56,967 nt of DNA from Gaiellaceae bacterium (GCA_036505325.1 DASXTR010000218.1:1-56967); one strand, 5' to 3'; positions 1 through 9,285 are shown, counted from the first letter of the stretch. Numbers and translations are program-made. The notes: generated from the letters alone by a model not told the origin.

Positions 1-117
1 GTACGGCGTCCGCGAGAACGGCGCGTTGACGACCACGAGCAGTTTCTGCCGCTTGTCGTCGCTCCCGCCGCAGCCCGCGAGCAGCGCGACCAGAACGAGC
101 AGCGCCGCCCGTCTCAC
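1..117 (-). CDS. lipoprotein, first 39 codons only (probable ABC substrate-binding protein; continues beyond window)
   Basis: GTG at 117 overlaps the stop of the upstream gene (GTGA). It translates VRRAALLVLVALLAGCGGSDDKRQ..., a signal peptide plus lipobox LAGC. It lies downstream of livH/livMG-type genes. Confidence 0.5.
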   Translation of the reverse strand, partial: MRRAALLVLVALLAGCGGSDDKRQKLLVVVNAPFSRTPY

Positions 118-1853
118 AGCGTCTGCCTCCCGAGATAGGCCTCGCGCACGCGCGCATCTTCGCCGACGGCCGTCGGCGTCCCGCGGGCGATCACGCGGCC
201 GGCGTCGAGTGCGACCACGCGGTCTGCGACGGCACTCACGAGCCGCAGGTTGTGCTCGACGACGAGCAGCGCGACGCCTTCGTCGCGCAGGCTGCGCAGC
301 ACGGCGGCGAGGCGGTCGACCTCCGCGCGCGCGGCGCCTGCGGACGGCTCGTCGAGCAGGAGCGCCCCGGCGCGCGTCGCGTAGGCGGCGGCGATCATCA
401 GCAGGCGCTGGTCGGCGCCGGACAGCTGCGCCGCGTCGACGTCCGCACGATCTCCCAGGCCGAAGCGCGCGAGCAGGTCGCGGGCGCGGGCCGTCTCCTC
501 GTCCTCCTCGCGGCGCGCTTTCGGCGTGGCGACCGCGGTGCGGACCGCGCCGCCGAACCGGCGGTGCGCGGCCGAGGCGACGAGCACGTGCTCGAGCGCG
601 GTCAACCCGCCGAACGTCGCCGTCGCCTGGAGCGTGCGCACGACGCCGCCCTCGGCGCGGACCGTGCCCGCGTCGGGCGTCTCGGCGCCGGCGAGCAGGC
701 GCAGCGCGGTCGTCTTCCCGGATCCGTTCGGCCCGATCAGCGCCGCGATCTCTCCCGGCACGACATCGAGGTCGAGCCCCTCGAGCGCCACGAGCTCCCC
801 GTACCGCCTCCCGAGCCCGCGCGCCTTCACAACCCCTTGTGACAAGTTGTCACAAGGGTCAGGGGGAGACGCCGCGGTTCCGGCGCGGCGCCGCTTCGGA
901 GCGCGCAGAAGGCCTTCGCCGCCCAACGAGAGCACCGCGAGGAGGAGCACCGCCGCGAGGAGCGGGTGGAAGCGCGCGCTCGAGACGCCCTCGAGCCGGC
1001 CGACGGCGTCCGCGGCGAGCGAGAGGACGCCGAGGACGGCGACGCCCGCAACTGGGCCGAGTGCGCTCGCGGCGCCGCCGATCAGCACCGCGACGAAGAG
1101 CTTGAAGGAGACGTACGGCGTGTAGGACGCGGTGTCGGCGACACCGGCGAGCTGCACCGCGAGGCCGCCGGCGAGACCCCCGACGGCCGCCGACGCGACG
1201 AACGCGCCGAGCCGCAGGCGCGCGACGGGAACGCCGAGCGCGGCCGCGGCCGCACGCCGTTCGCGCGCCGCGACGAGCCGAAGCCCGCCCGGCCCGCGTG
1301 CGACGGCGACGAGCACCAGCGCGGCGAGCGCGACCAGCGCGAGCGCCAGCTCGTAGTGCGCCGCGGTCGACGGCCCCGGCGGCAGGAGGATCCCCTCCGC
1401 GCCTCCCGACAGCGACGGGAACGCGCCCAGGGCGAGCCAGACGAGCCAGGCGAGGATCCACGTCGACACGGCGACGAGGCCGCGATGGAGGCGGACGAAC
1501 CCGACGCCGGTCGCGGCGCCCACGCCCGCTGCGGCGGCTGCGCCGCAAAGCGCGGCGGCGAGCGTCGGCATCCCGCCGTGTACGCGCAGCTGCGCCGCTG
1601 TGAAGGCGCCCACCGCCATGAACGCCCCCTGCGCGAGCGAGGGCATCCCCGCGACGCCGACCGCGAGCGCGAGCCCGGTCGCGGCGAGCGCGAGGTACAG
1701 CCCGGAGGCGAGATCCTCGAGGCGGGCGGCGGAGACGACCAGCGGAGCGAGCGCAGCGCCCGCGAACGCCGCGGCTGCGGCCCACGCTCGCACGTTCGAT
1801 GCGCGCCGCGCCTCCCGCGCCGCCTCGACCAGTGCGAGCGCCGTCGAGCTCAC
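114..1853 (-). CDS. branched-chain-amino-acid-type ABC transporter, fused LivM-like permease + LivG-like ATPase (579 aa)
   Basis: From ORF 114..2252; start placed at GTG 1853, which overlaps the livH stop (GTGA). The N-terminal ~330 aa are a multi-TM permease. The C-terminal ATPase has Walker A GPNGSGKTT, signature LSGADQRLL and Walker B LLLDEPSAG. There is no stop between the modules, and the junction carries the palindrome at 834-858. Confidence 0.8.
   Translation of the reverse strand: MSSTALALVEAAREARRASNVRAWAAAAAFAGAALAPLVVSAARLEDLASGLYLALAATGLALAVGVAGMPSLAQGAFMAVGAFTAAQLRVHGGMPTLAAALCGAAAAAGVGAATGVGFVRLHRGLVAVSTWILAWLVWLALGAFPSLSGGAEGILLPPGPSTAAHYELALALVALAALVLVAVARGPGGLRLVAARERRAAAAALGVPVARLRLGAFVASAAVGGLAGGLAVQLAGVADTASYTPYVSFKLFVAVLIGGAASALGPVAGVAVLGVLSLAADAVGRLEGVSSARFHPLLAAVLLLAVLSLGGEGLLRAPKRRRAGTAASPPDPCDNLSQGVVKARGLGRRYGELVALEGLDLDVVPGEIAALIGPNGSGKTTALRLLAGAETPDAGTVRAEGGVVRTLQATATFGGLTALEHVLVASAAHRRFGGAVRTAVATPKARREEDEETARARDLLARFGLGDRADVDAAQLSGADQRLLMIAAAYATRAGALLLDEPSAGAARAEVDRLAAVLRSLRDEGVALLVVEHNLRLVSAVADRVVALDAGRVIARGTPTAVGEDARVREAYLGRQTL
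834..858 (-). repeat. palindromic element family A, copy 1 (perfect 12+1+12 palindrome), inside CDS
   Basis: Plus strand reads CCCTTGTGACAA-G-TTGTCACAAGGG. In gene orientation it is read P-C-D-N-L-S-Q-G. It matches copies at 11313 and 21355. Confidence 0.9.
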
Positions 1854-2776
1854 TCGGCTGCGCCCTCCGGCTGCCGGAGCGCCCGCGCCGCGAGCAGCGC
1901 GAGGGCCAGCCCGAGCGGCACGACCTCGCGGTACGAGGGCCCCGCCCAGCCCAGGTTGGCGATCGCGGCCTCGAGCAGGCCGAGCCCGACCCCGGCCGCG
2001 AAGGCGCGCCACAGCGCGAAGCGGACGACGACCGCGGCGGCGAGGCCCTTCAGCCCGAAGAGCGCGGCGGTGTCGACGTCGAACGAACCCGACGGCGCCG
2101 CGACGACCGCGGCGAGCCCGGCAACCGCGCCTGCGAGCGCGAACGCGAGCCCGACGAGCCGCGACACCGGCAGCCCGACGATCGCCGCACCCTCGACGTC
2201 GGACGCGATCGCCTCGAGTGCGCGCCCGAACCGTGTGCGCGCGAGCGTCCACGCGGCCGCTCCCGCGAGCGCGAGCGCGACGGCGATCACGAACAGCGAC
2301 CGCACCTGGATCGTCGCGCCGCCGACGTGCCAGAAGCCCTCGTCGCCGACGTCGCGGAACGGCAGCGGGTCCGGCAGTACGTACGACGGCCGGTCGAAGA
2401 CCGCGACGATCAGCGTCCGCAGCGCGAAGGCGATCGCAAGCGACGCGCCGACCCAGCCGATCGTGGAACCGCGCAACTGGTACGGCTGCACCGCGAACCA
2501 GTACGAGCCCGCCGACGCGGCGGCCGCGACGGCGAGCCCGCCGGCGAGGGCGACGAGGAAGCGGCCGCCGCCGACCGACGTCTGCGTCACGGGCGACGTC
2601 CCGGCCGCCAGGAAGAGCGTCGCGAACACCGCGAGCGCGATCAGCTCGCCGAAGGCGAAGTGCACGACGCCGGTCAGCCGGTACACGAGCGAGTGCCCGA
2701 CGCCGACGAGCCCGTAGACGGCGCCCGCCGCAAGGCCGCTGACGAGCACCTGGAGGGCGACGTCCACGCGCCGCAC
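1850..2776 (-). CDS. livH: LivH-like ABC transporter permease
   Basis: From ORF 1850..2890. It is hydrophobic with LivH-type sequence (VDVALQVLVSGLAAGAVYGLVGVGHSLVY...). Start set at GTG 2776 (GTG 2767 is an alternative), because the annotated Met at 2890 would overlap the upstream gene. Confidence 0.8.
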   Translation of the reverse strand: MRRVDVALQVLVSGLAAGAVYGLVGVGHSLVYRLTGVVHFAFGELIALAVFATLFLAAGTSPVTQTSVGGGRFLVALAGGLAVAAAASAGSYWFAVQPYQLRGSTIGWVGASLAIAFALRTLIVAVFDRPSYVLPDPLPFRDVGDEGFWHVGGATIQVRSLFVIAVALALAGAAAWTLARTRFGRALEAIASDVEGAAIVGLPVSRLVGLAFALAGAVAGLAAVVAAPSGSFDVDTAALFGLKGLAAAVVVRFALWRAFAAGVGLGLLEAAIANLGWAGPSYREVVPLGLALALLAARALRQPEGAAE

Positions 2777-2840
2777 TCTAGAAAGAGAAGCGGCCCGCCA
2801 GATCGACGGGCCGCTTCGCCGGACGCCAGAACTGTCCGAG

Positions 2841-4562
2841 TTAGTGGATCTGGATGTTCCCGCTCGTGAGCTGCTGGTCGCCCGAGTCATACCCGTTCGA
2901 CAGGCGGATCCGGTACCGGTCGTCGACGCCGGGCTCGGCGAGATCCTTCACGTCGATCCGGAACATGTAGGAGCCGGAGCCGTTGACGGTCGCCGTGCCG
3001 AAGATCGTGGCCGAGGTGCCGTCGCGCGAGCACGAGACGGCCAGCACCGCCGTCGAGTGGACGTTGATGTCCGTCGCCGCGCCGTGATCCTGGTACTCCT
3101 CCTCGCCGGACGGGCCGGAGCCCTGTGCGTTGCCGCCGAAGGTCGCCTTGTCTCCGTTCGCGGCCGTGAAGCGGCCGCCGCCGGTGACCTTGCAGCCCTC
3201 GGTGCTGCCGGGCAGCACCCACTCCTTGTTCGCGGTGTCACTCGGGTGCGTTCCCGCCTGCGCGGTCGCGGTGATCAGGTCCGCGCCCGGGAACGACGGC
3301 CCGACGTAGCAGAACTCGGCCTGGCCGCTCCCGTTCGTCGTCCGCGTACCGCTCGTGACGACGGAGCCGGCGACGGTGAAGTCGACCGCCGTGTTCGGCA
3401 CCGGCGCGCCGAACGCGTCGGTGACCGTCGCCGTGACGCAGTGCGTCTCGTCGACGATGTTCGTAGCGTTCTCCGGCGTGAGCTCGAGCTTCACCGGGAC
3501 GCCGTGACCGACCTCCACCGTGACGTGCTGCACGAACTCCGGCCCGGCGGAGGCGCCGTTGATCGTGAAGTCCACGCTGCAGTGGAGCGTCGAGCCGAGC
3601 GGCGCGGCCGGGCTCACAGCGATCGTCTCGGTGAACGTCGCGGTGCTCCCGCTCGGAACCGTCTGCGTCGGCGGGCTGTTCGTCACCGTCAGGCCCGCGT
3701 CACACGTCGCCACCGGCGTCACGACGACCGGGATCGGCGGCAGCGCGTTGATCGCGTCGATGATCGTCTGCGAGATGCTCGTTGCAGGCGGGTTGACGAG
3801 ATGGACGCCGCCCGTCGCTGCTGCGATACGCGTCGCCTGGCCGGCGAGGCCGTCGGGCGGACCGCACAGAACGCCGTAGTCGGATGAGAGCACGGTCGGA
3901 TCCGCGTCGAGGCCCGGGCCCGAGGGCGCTGAGACCGCGACCACGTGGATGCCCTGCGCTTGCAGGTCGGCCGTCACCGATGCCTCGGTGATCGGCGAGT
4001 GCGGGTCGCTGTAGCTCGGCAGCGCGTCGCAGATCGGATCGTGGCTCGGCGCGTCGCCGAACCAGACGACGAACCGCGTCGAGTCCGGCCGCCAGCTGAT
4101 GTCGTGCACGGCGACGCGATGCAGGCCGAAGAAGTTCGCCTCGGCGATGTCGCAGCCCGCCTCCGCGACCCACGTGTTGATCGCTGCCTTGGCCGCGGTC
4201 GCGTCCGTGAGGTCGGTGTCGAGCTCGAACCCGTGCAGGCACGGTCCGCTCTGCGTGAAGTCCTCGTAGTTGCCGACCCCGTAGCGGGCGTCGGTGGCGC
4301 CGGAGGCCTCGATCGCGTCGATGACCGTCTGCGCGTTCGCCTTCACGTCGTTGATCGACGGGCCCATCGACGACGTGTTGTCGGCGAGGAAGACGAAGTC
4401 GCTCTTCGGCGGCAGCTTGGTCGTCTCCACCTGCTTCGTGACGGTCGCCGACTGGCCCGGGTTGAGCTGCAGCGAGACCGTCTGCGGCGAGACGCCTGCG
4501 CCGAACGCGGGGACCGCGGCCAGCGCGGCGACGACAAGCGCCGCGGCGAGCGTAAACCTCAT
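2841..4562 (-). CDS. secreted VWA-domain protein with Ig-like (Big) domain and C-terminal beta-rich domain
   Basis: Signal peptide MRFTLAAALVVAALAAVPAFGAG. MIDAS-like motif FLADNTSSMG. Big-type repeat (VTATVTDAFGAPVPNTAVDFTV...). GGAGGG Shine-Dalgarno 7 nt before ATG 4562. Confidence 0.75.
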   Translation of the reverse strand: MRFTLAAALVVAALAAVPAFGAGVSPQTVSLQLNPGQSATVTKQVETTKLPPKSDFVFLADNTSSMGPSINDVKANAQTVIDAIEASGATDARYGVGNYEDFTQSGPCLHGFELDTDLTDATAAKAAINTWVAEAGCDIAEANFFGLHRVAVHDISWRPDSTRFVVWFGDAPSHDPICDALPSYSDPHSPITEASVTADLQAQGIHVVAVSAPSGPGLDADPTVLSSDYGVLCGPPDGLAGQATRIAAATGGVHLVNPPATSISQTIIDAINALPPIPVVVTPVATCDAGLTVTNSPPTQTVPSGSTATFTETIAVSPAAPLGSTLHCSVDFTINGASAGPEFVQHVTVEVGHGVPVKLELTPENATNIVDETHCVTATVTDAFGAPVPNTAVDFTVAGSVVTSGTRTTNGSGQAEFCYVGPSFPGADLITATAQAGTHPSDTANKEWVLPGSTEGCKVTGGGRFTAANGDKATFGGNAQGSGPSGEEEYQDHGAATDINVHSTAVLAVSCSRDGTSATIFGTATVNGSGSYMFRIDVKDLAEPGVDDRYRIRLSNGYDSGDQQLTSGNIQIH

Positions 4563-4715
4563 GTGTGTTCCCTCCTGGTCTGGGTCTAGGACGCCGCAGA
4601 AGGAGTGCCCCCTCCCGCCGTTGACGCTAGGCGGCAGCCGCGGCCGCGCCTAGACGGTGATCGCCGCAATCGGGTGGGCGGGACGCCTACGGCGATCGAA
4701 GTAGGGTTGTCCGTC

Positions 4716-5786
4716 GTGAACCTCGGCCTCGTCACCGCAGGCGAGTCGCACGGGCCGGCGCTCGTGGCGATCCTCACCGGGCTCCCGGCCGGGCTCGAGC
4801 TCGAGCGGGACGCGATCGACGCCGATCTCAAGCGGCGCCAGGAGGGCTACGGCCGCTCGCCGCGGCAGCAGATCGAGCAAGACCGCGTCGAGGTGCTCGC
4901 CGGCCTCCGGCACGGGCGCACGCTCGGGACGCCGCTCGCGCTCGTCGTGCAGAACCGCGACCACAAGAACTGGACGTGGGGGATGGCGCCGTGGCCGCCC
5001 GAGGGCGAGCCGGCCGGGAAGGGCCTGAAGCCGGTGACGCTTCCGCGGCCCGGCCACGCCGACCTCGCAGGCGTCTTGAAGTACGGCCACTCGGACGTCC
5101 GAAACGCGCTGGAGCGCGCCTCCGCACGGCACACCGCCGTGCATGTCGCCGCCGGCGGCGTCGCGAAGGCGCTCCTGCGGGCGATCGGCATCGAGGTGCG
5201 AGGCGCGACGGTCGACGAGGAGGCGCTACGCGCACGGATCGACGAGGCGCGGGCGGCGCGCGACACCGTCGGCGGCGTCGTCGAGGTACGTGCGACGGGC
5301 GTTCCGCCGGGCCTCGGCTCGTACGCGACGAAGGAGGACCGGCTGGACGCGCTGCTCGCGTTCGCCTTGATGGGCATCCAGGCGGTGAAAGGCGTCGAGA
5401 TCGGCGAAGGGTTCGCGTTGTCCGAGCTGTTCGGCTCCGAGGCGCACGACGAGATCCGCGTCGACCGGCACCGCGATACGAACCGCGCGGGCGGCATCGA
5501 GGCGGGCATCTCCAACGGCGAAGAGATCGTCGTGCGCGCCGCGATGAAGCCGCTGCCGACGCTGATGAAGCCGCTGCGCTCGGTCGACCTCGCGTCGGGC
5601 GAGGAGGCGACGGCGCTGGTGGAGCGCTCGGACGTCGCCGCGGTCGAGGCGCTCGCGGTCGTCGCGGAGGCGGCGGTCGCGTGGGAGCTGGCCCGCGCCG
5701 CGCGCGAGAAGTTCGGCGGCGACGCGCTCGACGACTTCGTCGGCGCGTGGCGCGCGTACCTCGACCGCATCTCCTGGCGCCCGTAA
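4716..5786 (+). CDS. aroC: chorismate synthase
   Basis: NLGLVTAGESHGPALVAILTGLPAGL... is a typical AroC N-terminus. Start set at GTG 4716 (TTG 4707 is an alternative) within ORF 4605..5786. Confidence 0.9.
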   Translation: MNLGLVTAGESHGPALVAILTGLPAGLELERDAIDADLKRRQEGYGRSPRQQIEQDRVEVLAGLRHGRTLGTPLALVVQNRDHKNWTWGMAPWPPEGEPAGKGLKPVTLPRPGHADLAGVLKYGHSDVRNALERASARHTAVHVAAGGVAKALLRAIGIEVRGATVDEEALRARIDEARAARDTVGGVVEVRATGVPPGLGSYATKEDRLDALLAFALMGIQAVKGVEIGEGFALSELFGSEAHDEIRVDRHRDTNRAGGIEAGISNGEEIVVRAAMKPLPTLMKPLRSVDLASGEEATALVERSDVAAVEALAVVAEAAVAWELARAAREKFGGDALDDFVGAWRAYLDRISWRP

Positions 5787-5789
5787 CGT

Positions 5790-5834
5790 TTGTGCACCAG
5801 AGCACGAACGAGGAGCTTGTGATCTGGTGCACAA
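5790..5834. repeat. hairpin repeat family B, copy 1 (16-nt arms, 13-nt loop)
   Basis: TTGTGCACCAGAGCAC-GAACGAGGAGCTT-GTGATCTGGTGCACAA, with one arm mismatch. It lies between the aroC stop (5786) and the aroKB start, and the right arm contains GTG 5827. Confidence 0.85.
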
Positions 5835-7230
5835 GGTGACTTCGGCCCTCGGCAGGCATCTCGCGCTCGTCGGGTTCATGGGCGCCGGAAAGTCCACGCT
5901 TGGTCGCGAGGTCGCCACGCGGCTCGGACGGGAGTTCGTCGATCTCGACGAGGAGATCGGACGGCGCATCGGGAAGATCGATGAGTTCTTCCTCCGGCAC
6001 GGTGAGGCTGCGTTCCGCAACGTCGAGGCGACGACCGCGGAGGTCGAGCTCGCACGTCCGCCCGCCGTGATTGCCCTCGGCGGCGGGGCGCCGACGACCG
6101 ACGCCGTCCGCGAGCTGCTCGCATCGTGCTTCGTCGTCCACGTCGACGTCGACGTGGACACCGCCTGGAGGCGCGTCCGGGGCGGCGACCGGCCGCTGGC
6201 GCAGGACGAAGCCACGTTCCGCCGCCTGTACGACGAGCGCGCGCCGCTCTACCGCGAGGTCGCCGACGCCGTCGTCCCATCCGGCGACGTGGACGGCGTC
6301 ATCCTCGCCGCGGGCGGCGTGCATCACGAGCTCGGCGCGCTCGATCGCCTCGACGAGCTCGTCCCCGGCGACGGACCCGTCGCGCTCGTCGCCGACCAGC
6401 GCGTCCTCGGCATCCACGGGCCGCGCGCGCAGAACGCGCTCGGGCGCCGGCTGGTGCAGACGATCGACGTGCCGGCCGGGGAGGAGGCCAAGCAGCTCGA
6501 CGTCCTACGCCGGCTCTGGTCGCAGCTGAAGCTCGACCGCACCGGCACGATCGTCGCGCTCGGCGGCGGGACGACGACCGACCTCGCGGGCTTCGCAGCC
6601 GCGACCTACCTCAGGGGCATCCCGTGGGTCTCGGTTCCGACGACGCTCGTCGGCCAGGTCGATGCGGCGATCGGCGGGAAGACCGCGATCGACATCCCGC
6701 AGGGAAAGAACCTCGTCGGCGCGTTCCACTGGCCGGCGCGTGTGGTGATCGACGAGGGGTTGCTCGACACGCTCCCCGAGCGCGAGTACCGCCAGGGGCG
6801 CGCGGAGCTCGTGAAGACCGAGCTGCTCGCCGGCCGCGGCCTGGACATACGCGGGGCGGCCGCCTACAAGACGGCGCTCTGCCTCCGGGACCCGCACGAC
6901 AGAGGCCCGCGCAACGTGCTCAACCTCGGCCACACGTTCGCCCACGCGCTCGAAGCAGCTGCCGATTTCGACCTTCCGCACGGCGAGGCGGTCGCGCTCG
7001 GGCTGCTCGCGGCGCTGCGGCTCTCCGGCCGCGACACGAAGGACGTCGAGCGAGAACTCCGGCCGAAACGCGTCAACGTCGATCCCGAACGCGCGTGGCA
7101 GGCACTCCTCCGCGACAAGAAGGTGGTCGGCGATGCGATCAATATCGTTGTCTTGACTGACAACGGACCGGAGGTCAAGCGGCGATCTCCCGGCGAGGTA
7201 CGCCGGGAGCTCGAGCGGCTGATCGCGTAG
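5827..7230 (+). CDS. aroKB: bifunctional shikimate kinase / 3-dehydroquinate synthase
   Basis: Walker A GFMGAGKST, then DHQ synthase motifs LGGGTTTDLAGFAAATYLRGIPWVSVPTTLVGQVDAAIGGKTAID, in one uninterrupted ORF. GTG 5836 is an alternative start. Confidence 0.85.
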   Translation: MHKVTSALGRHLALVGFMGAGKSTLGREVATRLGREFVDLDEEIGRRIGKIDEFFLRHGEAAFRNVEATTAEVELARPPAVIALGGGAPTTDAVRELLASCFVVHVDVDVDTAWRRVRGGDRPLAQDEATFRRLYDERAPLYREVADAVVPSGDVDGVILAAGGVHHELGALDRLDELVPGDGPVALVADQRVLGIHGPRAQNALGRRLVQTIDVPAGEEAKQLDVLRRLWSQLKLDRTGTIVALGGGTTTDLAGFAAATYLRGIPWVSVPTTLVGQVDAAIGGKTAIDIPQGKNLVGAFHWPARVVIDEGLLDTLPEREYRQGRAELVKTELLAGRGLDIRGAAAYKTALCLRDPHDRGPRNVLNLGHTFAHALEAAADFDLPHGEAVALGLLAALRLSGRDTKDVERELRPKRVNVDPERAWQALLRDKKVVGDAINIVVLTDNGPEVKRRSPGEVRRELERLIA

Positions 7231-7240
7231 GTTTCCGCGC

Positions 7241-7669
7241 GTGCAGGTGCTCGTCCTGAACGGGGTCAACCTCAACGTGCTCGGCCGCCGCGACCCGAAG
7301 ATCTACGGCGACGTGAGCCTCAACGAGCTCGAGACCCGCATCTACGAGTGGGCGCACGAGCTCGGCATCAGCGCCCGGTGCCGGCAGACGAACAGCGAAG
7401 GGGAGTTCATCGAGTGGATCCACGACGCCGTCGACGCCGACGCGCTCGTCGTCAACCCCGGCGCCTGGACGCACTACAGCTACGCAATCCGCGATGCGCT
7501 CGACATCCTCGAGGTGCCGATCGTCGAAGTGCACCTCTCGGACATCGAGCACCGCGAGGAGTGGCGCCGCACGTCCGTCATCTCCGACCTCACGTCGCTC
7601 CGCGTGATCGGCAAGGGCCCCGCCGGCTACCGCGAAGCGCTCGAGTTCCTGGTGGGGCGAAGCAAATGA
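7241..7669 (+). CDS. aroQ: type II 3-dehydroquinate dehydratase
   Basis: VLVLNGVNLNVLGRRDPKIYG...NPGAWTHYSYAIRDAL...VEVHLSDIEHREEWRR. Confidence 0.9.
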   Translation: MQVLVLNGVNLNVLGRRDPKIYGDVSLNELETRIYEWAHELGISARCRQTNSEGEFIEWIHDAVDADALVVNPGAWTHYSYAIRDALDILEVPIVEVHLSDIEHREEWRRTSVISDLTSLRVIGKGPAGYREALEFLVGRSK

Positions 7670-8706
7670 GGGCGCGGATCGACCGGCTGCGCGAGCGGAT
7701 CGGCGAGCCGTTGCTCGTGACGTCGCTCGTGAACATCGTGTATCTGACCGGCTTCGAGAGCTCGAACGCCGGGCTCCTGATCCGCCCGGACGGCGAGCCG
7801 CAGCTCTTCACCGACTTCCGCTACGTCGAGGCGGCGCAGGAGATCCCGGACGTCGAAGTCGTGCAGACGAAGCGCGCTCTCGTCCGCGATCTCGCCGAGC
7901 GGCTCACCGGACGGCTCGCGTTCGAGGCCGACGCGCTGCCGTACTCGCAGTACGAGACGCTCCGCAGCGGCGGCCTCGAGCTCACGCCGTCGACAGGGAT
8001 CGTCGAGGGGCTGCGCGCGGTGAAGGACGACGACGAGCTGGCGAAGATCCGCCGCACGACGAGAGTCGCCGACCGCGCGTTCGAGGCGCTGACCGCGGAG
8101 ACCTGGGTCGGGCAGAAGGAGAAGGACGTGGCCTGGCGGCTCCGTCAGCTCATGCACGCGCACGGCGCCGACGATCTCTCGTTCGACACGGCGATCGCGG
8201 CCGGGCCGAACGGCTCGCTCCCGCACGCCGACCCGGGCGATCGGGTGATCGAGACGCGCACGCTCGTCGTCGCCGACTTCGGCGCTCGCATCGACGGGTA
8301 CTGCTCCGACTGCACGCGCACGGTCGCGACGGGAGACCTCCCGCGGGAGCTGCGCCGCATGTACGACGTCTGCCTCGAGGCCCAACAGGCGTGCGTCGCG
8401 CAGATCCGCGCCGGCATGACGGGCGTCGACGCGGATGCGATCGCGCGCGAGATCATCACGAAGGCCGGCTACGGCGACAACTTCGGCCACGGCCTCGGTC
8501 ACGGCGTCGGCCTCGAGGTGCACGAGGCGCCGCGGCTCTCCACGGAATCGCGCGACACGCTCGAGGCCGGGAACGTCGTGACGATCGAGCCGGGCATCTA
8601 CATGCCGGGGGTGGGCGGCGTGCGCATCGAGGACCTCGCCGTCGTCACCGACGACGGGGTCGAGCTCCTCACCTCCTTCCCGAAGGAACTGATCACCGTC
8701 GGCTAA
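7666..8706 (+). CDS. Xaa-Pro aminopeptidase/dipeptidase (M24B)
   Basis: ATG 7666 overlaps the aroQ stop (ATGA). M24 metal-site context: DFGARIDGYCSDCTRT, GHGLGHGVGLEVHE, VVTIEPGIY, VRIEDL. Confidence 0.85.
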   Translation: MRARIDRLRERIGEPLLVTSLVNIVYLTGFESSNAGLLIRPDGEPQLFTDFRYVEAAQEIPDVEVVQTKRALVRDLAERLTGRLAFEADALPYSQYETLRSGGLELTPSTGIVEGLRAVKDDDELAKIRRTTRVADRAFEALTAETWVGQKEKDVAWRLRQLMHAHGADDLSFDTAIAAGPNGSLPHADPGDRVIETRTLVVADFGARIDGYCSDCTRTVATGDLPRELRRMYDVCLEAQQACVAQIRAGMTGVDADAIAREIITKAGYGDNFGHGLGHGVGLEVHEAPRLSTESRDTLEAGNVVTIEPGIYMPGVGGVRIEDLAVVTDDGVELLTSFPKELITVG

Positions 8707-8718
8707 CCTGCCGAGCCG

Positions 8719-9285
8719 ATGGCAGAGGTCGTCTCCACCAACCAGTTCCGGAACGGGATGCACATCGAGCTCGAGGGCCAGACGTGGCGCATCGTCGAGT
8801 TCCAGCACGTGAAGCCCGGCAAGGGCGGGGCGTTCGTGCGCACGAAGCTCAAGTCGCTCGGCTCGGGCTCGGTCGTCGACAAGACGTTCCGCGCCGGCGA
8901 GAAGTTCGAGCGCGTCCGCACGGAGAACAAGAACATGCAGTACCTCTACGATGCGGGCGAGGAGGTCGTCTTCATGGACGCGGAGACCTTCGAGCAGCTC
9001 TCGCTGCCGCGGGCGCAGGTGGAGGACGCGCTGCCGTTCATGCAGCCGTCGACGTCGTGGCAGGTGCTCTTCGTCGGTGACCGGCCGACCGGCATCGACC
9101 TGCCGGCATCGGTCGTGCTCGAGGTGACGGAGACGGAGCCCGGCGTGAAGGGCGACACCGTCTCGAACGTGACGAAGCCGGCGAAGCTCGAGACCGGGGC
9201 CGTCGTCCAGGTGCCGCTCTTCGTCAACGTGGGCGACCGCGTCAAGGTCGACCCACGCGAGAGCCGCTACATCTCGAGAGCCTAG
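8719..9285 (+). CDS. efp: elongation factor P
   Basis: STNQFRNGMHIELEGQTWRIVEFQHVKPGKGGAFVRTKLKSL. Confidence 0.95.
   Translation: MAEVVSTNQFRNGMHIELEGQTWRIVEFQHVKPGKGGAFVRTKLKSLGSGSVVDKTFRAGEKFERVRTENKNMQYLYDAGEEVVFMDAETFEQLSLPRAQVEDALPFMQPSTSWQVLFVGDRPTGIDLPASVVLEVTETEPGVKGDTVSNVTKPAKLETGAVVQVPLFVNVGDRVKVDPRESRYISRA

Noticed and set aside
834-858. Palindrome family A as a Rex (TTGTGAA-N4-TTCACAA) or CRP/FNR-type (TGTGA-N6-TCACA) operator.
   Set aside because: The half-sites TTGTGA/TCACAA are separated by 7 nt because the palindrome has an odd centre. The known operator classes use an even 6-nt spacing. All three copies are intragenic rather than in promoter regions.
26-1105. Many long ORFs in the track are rich in Arg/Pro/Ala. 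They run antisense or out of frame to recognisable genes. Examples: 26..1105 (+), 966..2717 (+), 4828..6417 (-), 9282..10748 (-), 13080..14996 (-), 17278..19107 (-), 19860..21719 (-), 46456..48930 (-) and 50699..53170 (+).
   Set aside because: This is a typical artefact of very GC-rich DNA, where stop codons are rare in all frames. The translations are low-complexity RRRPAR-type strings. Each overlaps a gene with clear family motifs in another frame.
5818-5839. Mini-ORF GTG-ATC-TGG-TGC-ACA-AGG-TGA (VIWCTR) inside hairpin repeat copy 1, preceded by GGAG.
   Set aside because: It has only 6 codons and is not conserved in copy 3 of the repeat. It is probably a by-product of the repeat sequence.
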